From NCBI GenBank assembly GCA_018396755.1, contig JAGTQM010000009.1, forward strand, positions 6,775 to 70,774: a DNA stretch of 64,000 bases. The letters run 5' to 3'. Shown here one piece after another: positions 17,370 through 25,467 of the stretch. Made by a program: the position numbers and the translations under genes. Origin of the DNA: Candidatus Bathyarchaeota archaeon. GTDB taxonomy: Archaea; Thermoproteota; CALKCG01; B24. The first letter of the stretch is position 1. Every line of letters starts with the position of its first letter. The notes under the pieces are model-generated. The model made no database searches and had not been told where the DNA came from. It saw only the letters and a program-made list of their open reading frames with translations.

Positions 17370-17639
17370 GTGATGAGAGTTCTATTTAAGTTCTACGGAA
17401 ACCTCGTGAACTACTTTGGAGAGAGAGCAAGCATAGAACTCAACGAGGGAGTTACGGTTCAAGAGGCACTTATGAAGCTTAAACTCATAGATGGAACTCC
17501 AGCATATGCAAGTATTTTCATAAACACTCACCTACAAATGCTTGTAGTGTTCGTATCAGGCAAACATGCGAACTTAAACACTAAGTTGAGCGGGGAAAGC
17601 GTAGAAGTTACGGTTCTTCCACCAATAATGGGTGGTTAA
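17370..17639 (+). CDS. second MoaD/ThiS-family sulfur carrier
   Basis: beta-grasp-like pattern ending LPPIMGG. Confidence 0.8.
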   Translation: MMRVLFKFYGNLVNYFGERASIELNEGVTVQEALMKLKLIDGTPAYASIFINTHLQMLVVFVSGKHANLNTKLSGESVEVTVLPPIMGG

Positions 17640-17689
17640 GCAACGTTTTCCAAGGAGAAAAACTTATAAGCTATTTATAGAGGTGAAAT

Positions 17690-17702
17690 ATAACGACGTT
17701 AT
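17690..17702. promoter_or_regulatory. operator copy ATAACGACGTTAT upstream of nadA
   Basis: perfect consensus, between TATA and RBS. Confidence 0.85.
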
Positions 17703-17719
17703 ATCAGAGGGGGAGGCTT

Positions 17720-18646
17720 ATGGAAGTCTCTCGGCTTCAGAGAAAGGTCATTCAGTTAAAGGAGAAAGAAAAAGCATTAATTTTAGCTCATAACTATCAG
17801 CGTCCGGAAATACAGGAAATAGCTGATTTTGTAGGTGACTCGCTACAACTGTGTTTCGCAGCAATTAGAGCTGAGGATGCTAAATACATAGTTTTTTGTG
17901 GTGTCGATTTCATGGCGGAAACGGCGTCTATCTTAAACCCAGATAAGCCAGTTGTAATCCCGGATGTTGAAGCCAAATGTCCCATGGTTGCTCAGCTACC
18001 AGCAAAAAAGGTAGTAGAGGCAAAAAAGAAGTATCCAGATGCTGAAGTCATGCTGTATATAAATACGTTGGCTGAAGCTAAAGCAGAGGCGGATGTAATA
18101 TGCACTTCTTCAAATGCTTTTAGAATCGCTAGCAAGCTTGATTCTACTAAGGTTCTCTTTGGCCCAGATCGGAACTTAGCATGGTATACCGCTAAACGTT
18201 GCTCCAATAAGGAAATCATTCCAATCCCAGAAAATGGCTATTGCATCGTACATAAACTGTTTCAAGTAGAAGATATTCTTCTTCTTAAGAAGAGCCATCC
18301 GGACGCAGAAGTATTGGTGCATCCCGAGTGCGACCCCGAAGTTCAGCAAATAGCAGACTTCATCGGAAGCACAGAGCAAATGCGTAGAAGATGTTTCGAA
18401 TCCCATTCAAAGAAATTCATTATAACGACTGAAATAGGTCTCATTGATCGCTTGAAAAGAGAACTTCCTGGAAAAGAGTATATTCCAGCGTTTGAAGGAG
18501 CTATATGTTATAATATGAAACGTCATACGCTTGAAAAAGTCTACCATGCTCTTGAGTCGAAGAAAACAGTTGTTAAAGTTCCGGAGGACATTGCTAAGAA
18601 AGCTAGATTGGCAATAGAAAGGATGATGGGGCTTTCTAAGCAGTAG
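17720..18646 (+). CDS. nadA: quinolinate synthase A
   Basis: LAHNYQ, GDSL, FCGVDFMAE, CPM, YCIVH, HPEC, CYNMK. Confidence 0.95.
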   Translation: MEVSRLQRKVIQLKEKEKALILAHNYQRPEIQEIADFVGDSLQLCFAAIRAEDAKYIVFCGVDFMAETASILNPDKPVVIPDVEAKCPMVAQLPAKKVVEAKKKYPDAEVMLYINTLAEAKAEADVICTSSNAFRIASKLDSTKVLFGPDRNLAWYTAKRCSNKEIIPIPENGYCIVHKLFQVEDILLLKKSHPDAEVLVHPECDPEVQQIADFIGSTEQMRRRCFESHSKKFIITTEIGLIDRLKRELPGKEYIPAFEGAICYNMKRHTLEKVYHALESKKTVVKVPEDIAKKARLAIERMMGLSKQ

Positions 18647-18701
18647 GATTTTAACGTGCTTTCACGCTTTGACATTCTCTCAGATTTTAAAAAACCTTTA
18701 A

Positions 18702-18714
18702 ATAACAATGTTAT
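18702..18714. promoter_or_regulatory. operator copy ATAACAATGTTAT upstream of iscS-iscU-copA
   Basis: perfect consensus; overlaps TATA TTTAAATA at 18697-18704. Confidence 0.85.
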
Positions 18715-18738
18715 ACTTAATTTATCTGATGCTTTACA

Positions 18739-19968
18739 ATGGGTAGTGATTTAAATAGAGATGTGGAAGGACTTCTAAAGGCTCACGGTGTTTCTGAGAG
18801 AGAGGTTTACTTAGACTCTGAAAACTCGGGATTAATTTTCCCTGAGGCGTTGAAAGCTATGGTTGATTCATACGAGGAGGCTGCTAGGGGCCATCCAGCT
18901 ATAACGCATAAGCTTGGATGGGAGTCCTATGAGAAGCTCTATGAATCGACGTTGAAAATCGCTCAAGCTTTAAACTGCAACTCTGAAGAAATTACATATA
19001 CGCATAATGGAACTGAGGCGAACAATCTCGCAATCTTAGGTTTAGCCGAAGCCAGTAAAAGTAGAAGAAAGATCCTCGTCTCAAGCATAGAACATTTAAG
19101 TGTAATTTTTGCGGCTGAACATCTCCAGAAGTTTGGTTTTAAAGTGGTGAAGGTTCCAGTCGACGGAGAAGGTTTTGTTGATCTAGATTTCATATCTAGA
19201 AACGTGGATAAAGACACACTTTTAGTAAGCGTCGCGTTGGTCAATCATGAAATAGGGACCATTCAAGATGTTAAAGCTATAATCGATGTTGTGAAGGGGC
19301 ATGATGAGAAAATTGTAGTACACACAGATGCTTGTGATGCTTTGGGAAGAGTAAAACTGGATTTGAAGAGGCTTAATTTAGATTTAGCGTCGTTTAGTAG
19401 TCACAAGATTTACGGTCCGAAGGGTGTAGGAGCACTTTACATTAAAGAAGGTGTTAACGTTAGTCCTATAATCTACGGGCAGTTAAGCACTCAACATTTA
19501 TGGCCGAGTTTAGAGAACATACCAGCTATAGTGGGCTTCTCTAAAGCCGTTGAATTGATGCATTTAAACTTTGAATCTTACAATAGCCGTATTACGAGGT
19601 TGAGGGATAAACTTATCGACGGTTTGCTAGACATAGAATACACGGTTCTCAATGGTCCTAAAGGCTATAAACGGTCACCCGACAATGTTAATATAAGTTT
19701 CCTGTTTTGCGAGGGGGAGGCTTTAACCGTGGAGTTAAGTTTAAAAGGCATATATGTCTCTAGCGGAAGCGCTTGTACCAGCCGTATTTTAGAACCTAGC
19801 CACGTTCTTCAAGCAATAGGTAGACGGCATGAGGAAGCCCATGGAAGTATTCTGATGAAGATAACGCCATTCCACTCGGATGAGGATGTGGATTACGTGA
19901 TTGGAAGCTTTCCAGATGCTATTAGAAGAATTAGGTCTATGAGCCCTATGAAGCCTGGGGGTGGTTAA
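18739..19968 (+). CDS. iscS: cysteine desulfurase, IscS/NifS-type
   Basis: GTEANN, IEH, SSHKIYGPKG, SSGSACTS, PSHVL. Confidence 0.9.
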   Translation: MGSDLNRDVEGLLKAHGVSEREVYLDSENSGLIFPEALKAMVDSYEEAARGHPAITHKLGWESYEKLYESTLKIAQALNCNSEEITYTHNGTEANNLAILGLAEASKSRRKILVSSIEHLSVIFAAEHLQKFGFKVVKVPVDGEGFVDLDFISRNVDKDTLLVSVALVNHEIGTIQDVKAIIDVVKGHDEKIVVHTDACDALGRVKLDLKRLNLDLASFSSHKIYGPKGVGALYIKEGVNVSPIIYGQLSTQHLWPSLENIPAIVGFSKAVELMHLNFESYNSRITRLRDKLIDGLLDIEYTVLNGPKGYKRSPDNVNISFLFCEGEALTVELSLKGIYVSSGSACTSRILEPSHVLQAIGRRHEEAHGSILMKITPFHSDEDVDYVIGSFPDAIRRIRSMSPMKPGGG

Positions 19969-20455
19969 ACTGTCCAGCCGTATACCGTTACCTTATAGTT
20001 TTAAAGTCATAGAGCTTTTCAGAAACCCGAAAAATTTGGGCAAGATGGATGACGCTACCGTATGGGCTTTAGCTGGAAGTATAGCTTGCGGAGATATGAT
20101 AGCTATGTACCTTAAGATAGATGAAGAAACGCAGAGTATTCTGAAAGCCTCATTTGAGAGTTACGGATGTGCTGCCAACATAGCAGCAGCCAGCATACTA
20201 ACGGAAATGGTTAGAGGGAAAACGCTTGAAGAAGCTTGGCGCATCTCGTGGAGAGACGTATCAGATGCATTGGGTGGACTACCTAAGGTTAAATACCACT
20301 GCGGTATTTTAGCTGTCGGCTCTCTAAGACGTGCTATAAGAGCGTATTTTCAAGACAAACTTAAGCCTAAATGGCTTCCTGAGAATCTTACAGCAGAAGA
20401 GAGGCATGCGTTAGAGGAAGAAGAGCTTGCTGAGAGGTTCTCTAGGAAGTCTTAA
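19961..20455 (+). CDS. iscU: Fe-S scaffold IscU/NifU-N
   Basis: FRNPKNLG, ACGD, GCAA, LGGLP..KYHC. Confidence 0.9.
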   Translation: MVKLSSRIPLPYSFKVIELFRNPKNLGKMDDATVWALAGSIACGDMIAMYLKIDEETQSILKASFESYGCAANIAAASILTEMVRGKTLEEAWRISWRDVSDALGGLPKVKYHCGILAVGSLRRAIRAYFQDKLKPKWLPENLTAEERHALEEEELAERFSRKS

Positions 20456-20478
20456 TGTTTTTCAGCTGTGGATTTGAT

Positions 20479-22587
20479 ATGGTTGAAAGAGTTAAATTCT
20501 CTATAAAAGGAATGCACTGTGAGAATTGCGCTAAAACCATTGAAAAAGCTCTTATAAAGGAAAGAGGGGTAGTCTCAGCTCATGTTAGTTTCCCTTTAGA
20601 AGAGGCAATTATTGAATATGATTCAATGCATGTTAGTATTGAAGAGATTAAGAGGATAATTAAAGAAGCTGGTTACGAAGCTTTAGAAGAAAAAGAGAAG
20701 AGTGACGATATTAGAAGTGGCTGGTGGAGGTTTTGGCTCGGAGTCGCCTTAACAATTCCTACTTGGATTATTGCAAACTTCTTCTATGAGTCTAAGTGGA
20801 ATCTCCTGCTTTTCAGCTTATCTACACCAGTCCAAATAGTCCTTGGCTTACCTTTCTATAGAGGAGCTTATTTTAGCCTAAAGCAGAAAACAGCTGATCT
20901 AAACGTTTTAGTTTCTCTAAGCACTTTGACCGCTTATTTTTACTCTGTTGCTACTACTTTATTCATCTCAGGCCCCGTGTTTTACGATGCTTCAACAACC
21001 GTTTTAACGACTATTACCTTAGGCATGCTACTGGAAAAGATCTCTCAAGGGAAAGTAGGTGAAGCTATTAAGAAATTGATGAAGCTTAAGGCTAAAACTG
21101 CTAAGGTTTTGAGGAATGGTGAAGAAGTAGAAGTATCGCCTGAGCATATTCAGAAGGGAGATATCGTAGTCGTTAGACCGGGTGAGATGATTTCAACAGA
21201 TGGAGTTATCATAGAGGGGGAGGCAACGATTGATGAATCGATGATTACTGGAGAATCTATGCCTGTGGATAAGAAAGAGGGGGATTATGTTTTCGGAGGA
21301 ACTATAAATAGATACGGCTTCTTCAAGTTTAAAGCAACTAAAGTAGGGGAAGAAACAGTGCTAGCTCAAATAATTAGGCTTGTTGAAGAAGCTCAAACTT
21401 CTAAGGCACAGATTCAAAGAGTAGCTGATAGAGTTTTAAGCTTGTTTATACCTTCAGTTGTCACCATCGCTATTTTAACATTCACCGTCTGGTATTTTCT
21501 CTTGAGAAGTAGCTTTCTATTTGCTTTAACAGCTTTTGTCTCAGTTTTAGTCATTGCATGCCCATGTGCTCTAGGAATTGCTACTCCAACTGCTATAATG
21601 GTTGGAATTGGCAAAGGGGCTGAAATGGGTATTCTGGTTAAAGGAGGACAGTATTTGGAGAAGGCTCGAGAATTGGATACTATCGTTTTTGATAAAACCG
21701 GAACTTTGACTAAAGGTGAACCGGAGGTGACGGATGTGATTGGAAACGTTTTACAGTTGGCGGCCAGTTTAGCGAAGAATACAACACATCCGTTAGACAT
21801 AGCGATCGTTAAAGAGGCGGAGAAAAGAGGGATAAAGCTGTTGGATGTTCAAGACTTTAAAATAATTCCCGGAGGAGGGATTATGGGAAGGATAGGGGGG
21901 AGGAGCGTTCTACTGGGAAGCCGGAGAGTGGTTAAAAGCGACTTAGGTATTGAATTAGAGGAGGATGGAAAAACTGTGATGTTGATTTCAGTAGATGGGG
22001 AGATAAAGGGGGCTATTGCCGTAGCTGATACTTTAAGGAAATACTCGAAAGATGTTGTTAACGTTTTAAAGAAGAAGGGAATGGACGTTTATATGATTAC
22101 AGGGGACAGCCGAAGAACTGCTGGAGCTATCGCTAGAAAACTTGGAATTGAAAACGTTCTAGCTGAGGTTTTACCTCAAGATAAGGAGAAAACTATTAGG
22201 GCACTTCAGAAGAGTGGTAGAGTGGTAGGGGCAGTAGGTGATGGAATCAATGATGCGCCAATGCTTGCTACTGCAGACATTGGCATCGCTATGGGGGCTG
22301 GGACAGATATAGCGAAGGAGACTGGTGGAATAGTTCTAGTTAAAGATGATTTAAGAGACGTAGTAAGAGCAATTGAACTTTCAAGAGCAACGTTTTCTAA
22401 GATAAGACAGAACCTATTTCTAGCATTCATCTACAACGTTTTAGCAATTCCTGTAGCTTCTGGCCTCTTCTATCAATGGCTTGGGTTTTTACTTAAACCT
22501 GAGATTTGTGCTTTAGCTATGATAATTTCCGATGTCTCAGTCATAGGCAATTCTCTTCTACTTAAGAGATGGAAATGTAACATTTGA
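20479..22587 (+). CDS. copA: P1B-type copper-translocating ATPase
   Basis: GMHCENC HMA domain, TGES, CPC, DKTGT, GDGINDAP; ORF track starts at 20455. Confidence 0.9.
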   Translation: MVERVKFSIKGMHCENCAKTIEKALIKERGVVSAHVSFPLEEAIIEYDSMHVSIEEIKRIIKEAGYEALEEKEKSDDIRSGWWRFWLGVALTIPTWIIANFFYESKWNLLLFSLSTPVQIVLGLPFYRGAYFSLKQKTADLNVLVSLSTLTAYFYSVATTLFISGPVFYDASTTVLTTITLGMLLEKISQGKVGEAIKKLMKLKAKTAKVLRNGEEVEVSPEHIQKGDIVVVRPGEMISTDGVIIEGEATIDESMITGESMPVDKKEGDYVFGGTINRYGFFKFKATKVGEETVLAQIIRLVEEAQTSKAQIQRVADRVLSLFIPSVVTIAILTFTVWYFLLRSSFLFALTAFVSVLVIACPCALGIATPTAIMVGIGKGAEMGILVKGGQYLEKARELDTIVFDKTGTLTKGEPEVTDVIGNVLQLAASLAKNTTHPLDIAIVKEAEKRGIKLLDVQDFKIIPGGGIMGRIGGRSVLLGSRRVVKSDLGIELEEDGKTVMLISVDGEIKGAIAVADTLRKYSKDVVNVLKKKGMDVYMITGDSRRTAGAIARKLGIENVLAEVLPQDKEKTIRALQKSGRVVGAVGDGINDAPMLATADIGIAMGAGTDIAKETGGIVLVKDDLRDVVRAIELSRATFSKIRQNLFLAFIYNVLAIPVASGLFYQWLGFLLKPEICALAMIISDVSVIGNSLLLKRWKCNI

Positions 22588-22789
22588 ACAATTCTATTTA
22601 GAGATTAAAAAGTTTCGGTCTATTGCCTTCAACACTTTTCTAGTTACGCTCCCTCTTCCAGACTGATATTTCATGTTTCATCTTATCAACTAGTTCGATT
22701 GATGCTTTATACGCCACCCCCAGCCTGAATGTAACCAAGACGTACATTACGTCTTTTCCAACTGAAGTCCTTCCAACCTATGTTCAGTT

Positions 22790-22880
22790 GCCACAGAAAT
22801 TTACGTCACAATTGAAAAGACGATGCTCGGCGGCTATGTCGATGAGTTAACGGTGAAGGTCGCGAGCAGGCCTGAAGAAG
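22790..22880 (+). pseudogene. tyrosine integrase C-terminal relic
   Basis: translates TEIYVTIEKTMLGGYVDELTVKVASRPEE, like the tail after the catalytic Tyr of Bathyarchaeia-type integrases (recognised from memory). Confidence 0.45.
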
Positions 22881-22957
22881 GTCAAAATCGTGTGGAGTTT
22901 CTTCGTTTCAGAATTTATATGTGGTAAGGTTTTTATGAATGCTCGATTTAAGTATTT

Positions 22958-23194
22958 TTGGTGATGCTTTTAGGTACTATTACTATTAAGGTTGATGAGT
23001 ATTTAAAAAAGAGAATGAGCAAGGTTAAGATTAACTGGTCTGAGTACATTAGGGAGGCTATTAAACGCAGAGTTGAGCTTGAAGAGAGAAAGGGGGCTGC
23101 TGAAAAGCTTTTAGAGAGTTTAAAGACGAGGAGACATGTTGTACCTTCTGGGTTTATAAATGAAACTATTCGGGAGATGAGGGAAGCTCGTTGA
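22958..23194 (+). CDS. RHH-type antitoxin (VapB-like)
   Basis: TITIKVD..LK...INWSEYIREAI; overlaps a PIN gene. Confidence 0.75.
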   Translation: MVMLLGTITIKVDEYLKKRMSKVKINWSEYIREAIKRRVELEERKGAAEKLLESLKTRRHVVPSGFINETIREMREAR

Positions 23195-23618
23195 AGGTTT
23201 ACGTGTTAGATGCTTCTGTTGCTGCCAGATTTTTATTAGTTGAAGATTTGTCAGAAAAAGCCGAGCTGGTTTTGGAGGACTTTTTTAAGGGGGAAGCTGG
23301 ATTTGCTGTCGCCAGAACTGCTCGTTTATGAAGTTGGAAACACTTTATGGAAAAGCGTTAAAAAGGAGTTTATAGGTTTAGACGAAGCTTTAGAGAAGTT
23401 CTCATATTTCCTGGAATTGGAAAATTCCTTCGATAACCCTCAGAGTTGAGGATTATAAAGAAGCCTTAGAGTGGAGCGTTAAGAGTAATGCAACCTACTA
23501 TGATGGTGTTTATGTACGGTGTTGTTTAAAAGCTGGTGGGACTCTCTTAACGGCTGACGACTTTTTATATAAAAAGTCTAGAGAAACTGTTCCAACTGTA
23601 CACTTAAGGGACTACTAA
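23191..23618 (+). pseudogene. vapC: VapC PIN toxin with two +1 frameshifts
   Basis: VYVLDASV / PELLVYEVGNTLWK / ATYYDG..LLTAD lie in three different frames; shifts near 23281-23293 and ~23420. Confidence 0.75.
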
Positions 23619-23699
23619 ACTGAAACAATTTGCCTCCTTAAAAGTATTAACATAACTTCTCTTACATGGCCTTCTAAACTATGAAGATAGGGGATGGGA

Positions 23700-23860
23700 G
23701 AGCGAAGTTGAAGAACAAGATGGATCAGTATATAAACGTGGGGAGAACCATAGAAGACCACGTGAACAGACACGGCTGATCATTCTGAAGACTTTAGCTA
23801 AGCGTGGTACGGATCTGCTTAATCCTGAAAGCGTTAAAGAGGCTATTGCCAGCAGGTTAG
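23700..23860 (+). pseudogene. tyrosine integrase N-terminal relic
   Basis: ILKTLAKRGTDLLNPESVKEAIA resembles the N-domain of Bathyarchaeia-type integrases (from memory); next to a tRNA. Confidence 0.5.
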
Positions 23861-24070
23861 CTTTAATCTTTCCTGAAGTCTCCATCTGAACGCTCTTCCT
23901 CTCTCTAAAACACTTACTTTTGATCATTTATCTTGATAAACTTAGCTTTAAAATAGCTAGGTTTTAGCAACATAGAGGAAGTACCATTATCGAGCTTCAT
24001 AAGCCCTTGAAAATATTAAGCTAACATTTTTTAGTAGGCGCAAGTAGAAGTTACCTGAACAGGCCAAAAT

Positions 24071-24195
24071 GCCGGGGTAGCCTAGCTAGGAAAGGCGCCG
24101 GACTCGAGATAGTTAAAATGTTTCAAAAAGGGCTTAGAGAACGTGAAATCCGGTTCCCCATCTGGGGAGCGGGGGTTCAAATCCCTCCCCCGGCG
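24071..24195 (+). tRNA. tRNA-Ser(CGA) with a 39-nt intron at position 37/38 (24109-24147)
   Basis: acceptor GCCGGGG/CCCCGGC + G73, anticodon stem CCGGA/TCCGG with CGA at 24105-24107, long variable arm, GGTTCAAATCC. Confidence 0.9.
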
Positions 24196-24315
24196 CTACA
24201 GATGAACTTCGACATTTACGTTCTCTTTTCCGAAGAATTTGAGCTCTTCATGTTCGCAGCTGTGCTACGTCAGAGTATTTAAAGTATTCATGAGTTTTGA
24301 CACGAGCTCTTAGTC

Positions 24316-24855
24316 CTAATTACTTTTAAGCGCTTTCACAAATTTTTCCGGCGTCAAAATATTGGATGTATCTCTTCCATTCATTTCAAGGGTTTGTATA
24401 AATTTTCTATCAATCGTTAATAGCGGGATCTTATATTCATTTGATACGGCATATAAAAGATTATCTATTAAATCTCTATGAAACCTGCGATATAAAACAT
24501 ATGATTCTAGGAGGGCGGATGCTCCCGGCGTTAACAGCGTGTAAGTGCTTCTTATTGCTTCAATACCCATTCTTACAATATTCATTTCGCTTTCAGGCAC
24601 AATCTTAACAACTTTCCACATAATCTCTAGTATACTAGCTTCGATATAACATACCACTACCTTATGAAAACACTTTATGGCGTCATAAACTTCTTCCTCG
24701 ACATCAAGCCCCACGGCTGGAAGAAGGAAGCTTGTATCAACAAGTATCCTAGCTAAGGTTGATGTACTTCTCTTGCTGCTCAATGCTCTCACGTTCCAGT
24801 TCCTCAAGAGTGATCTTAGTGAGCTTTTTTCCATAAAGCGACAGCCAGACGGCAT
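24316..24855 (-). CDS. vapC: VapC PIN-domain toxin (true start probably nearer 24750-24790)
   Basis: ILVDTSFLLP, SILE, RDLIDNLL, LLTID. Confidence 0.75.
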   Translation of the reverse strand: MPSGCRFMEKSSLRSLLRNWNVRALSSKRSTSTLARILVDTSFLLPAVGLDVEEEVYDAIKCFHKVVVCYIEASILEIMWKVVKIVPESEMNIVRMGIEAIRSTYTLLTPGASALLESYVLYRRFHRDLIDNLLYAVSNEYKIPLLTIDRKFIQTLEMNGRDTSNILTPEKFVKALKSN

Positions 24856-25000
24856 CGCACATAGGCTCCACTATAATCCTCCCTTCCTCGACGGTAATCT
24901 TCACCCTACATTCTTCATTCAGCCCGATTTTTTCAGCTATAGCCTTCGGTATTACAAGCGTACGCTTCTTACCTACCTTTGACATGACTGTCAGAGACAT
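24749..25000 (-). CDS. AbrB/MazE-family antitoxin
   Basis: SKVGKKRTLVIPKAIAEKIGL...RIIVEP. Confidence 0.85.
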   Translation of the reverse strand: MSLTVMSKVGKKRTLVIPKAIAEKIGLNEECRVKITVEEGRIIVEPMCDAVWLSLYGKKLTKITLEELERESIEQQEKYINLS

Positions 25001-25256
25001 CAGTTTTGCCAGATAAAATGATGTATTCAGAATTAATAAACTTTCTGATAACTATCACCAGCAAATCGGTTAAGCAATAGAAATAATTTGGGGAAGGGGG
25101 ATGTGAAAGGGCTTAAATTTTCGGTTAGAGGGAGAGCCACTGCTTATACTTGGAAAATTTTATGAGAATGGAAATTTACAGTTTTCTCGGTTAAATTTCA
25201 AAATTAAATGAAATAAATATTTTCTGGCGAAATATTAACCCATCAGTTGAAGTCTT

Positions 25257-25467
25257 CTAAGTAAATGTTACATTTTTCAAGTTTAAGACTTCTGCTACAG
25301 TTTTAAGTTTGTTTTCATTTCCAGGTGCTATATCTTCAGTTATACCTATTAGGATTCCTCTTTTAAGGGATATTTCATCTAAGAGTTTTAACGTATACTG
25401 CTTGACGGTTTCTTCGTCGTTGAGAAGTATGGATTCTGGGAAGTTTATCCATATTCTGATACCTTCA
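25257..25467 (-). pseudogene. 3' fragment of the URO-D/methylcobamide-family gene split by IS607
   Basis: EGIRIWINFPES...ILIGITEDI continues the 27309-28153 frame once the IS is removed. Confidence 0.85.

Noticed and set aside
23679-23927. 82-aa minus-strand ORF
   Set aside because: Antisense to the integrase relic; no recognisable motifs.
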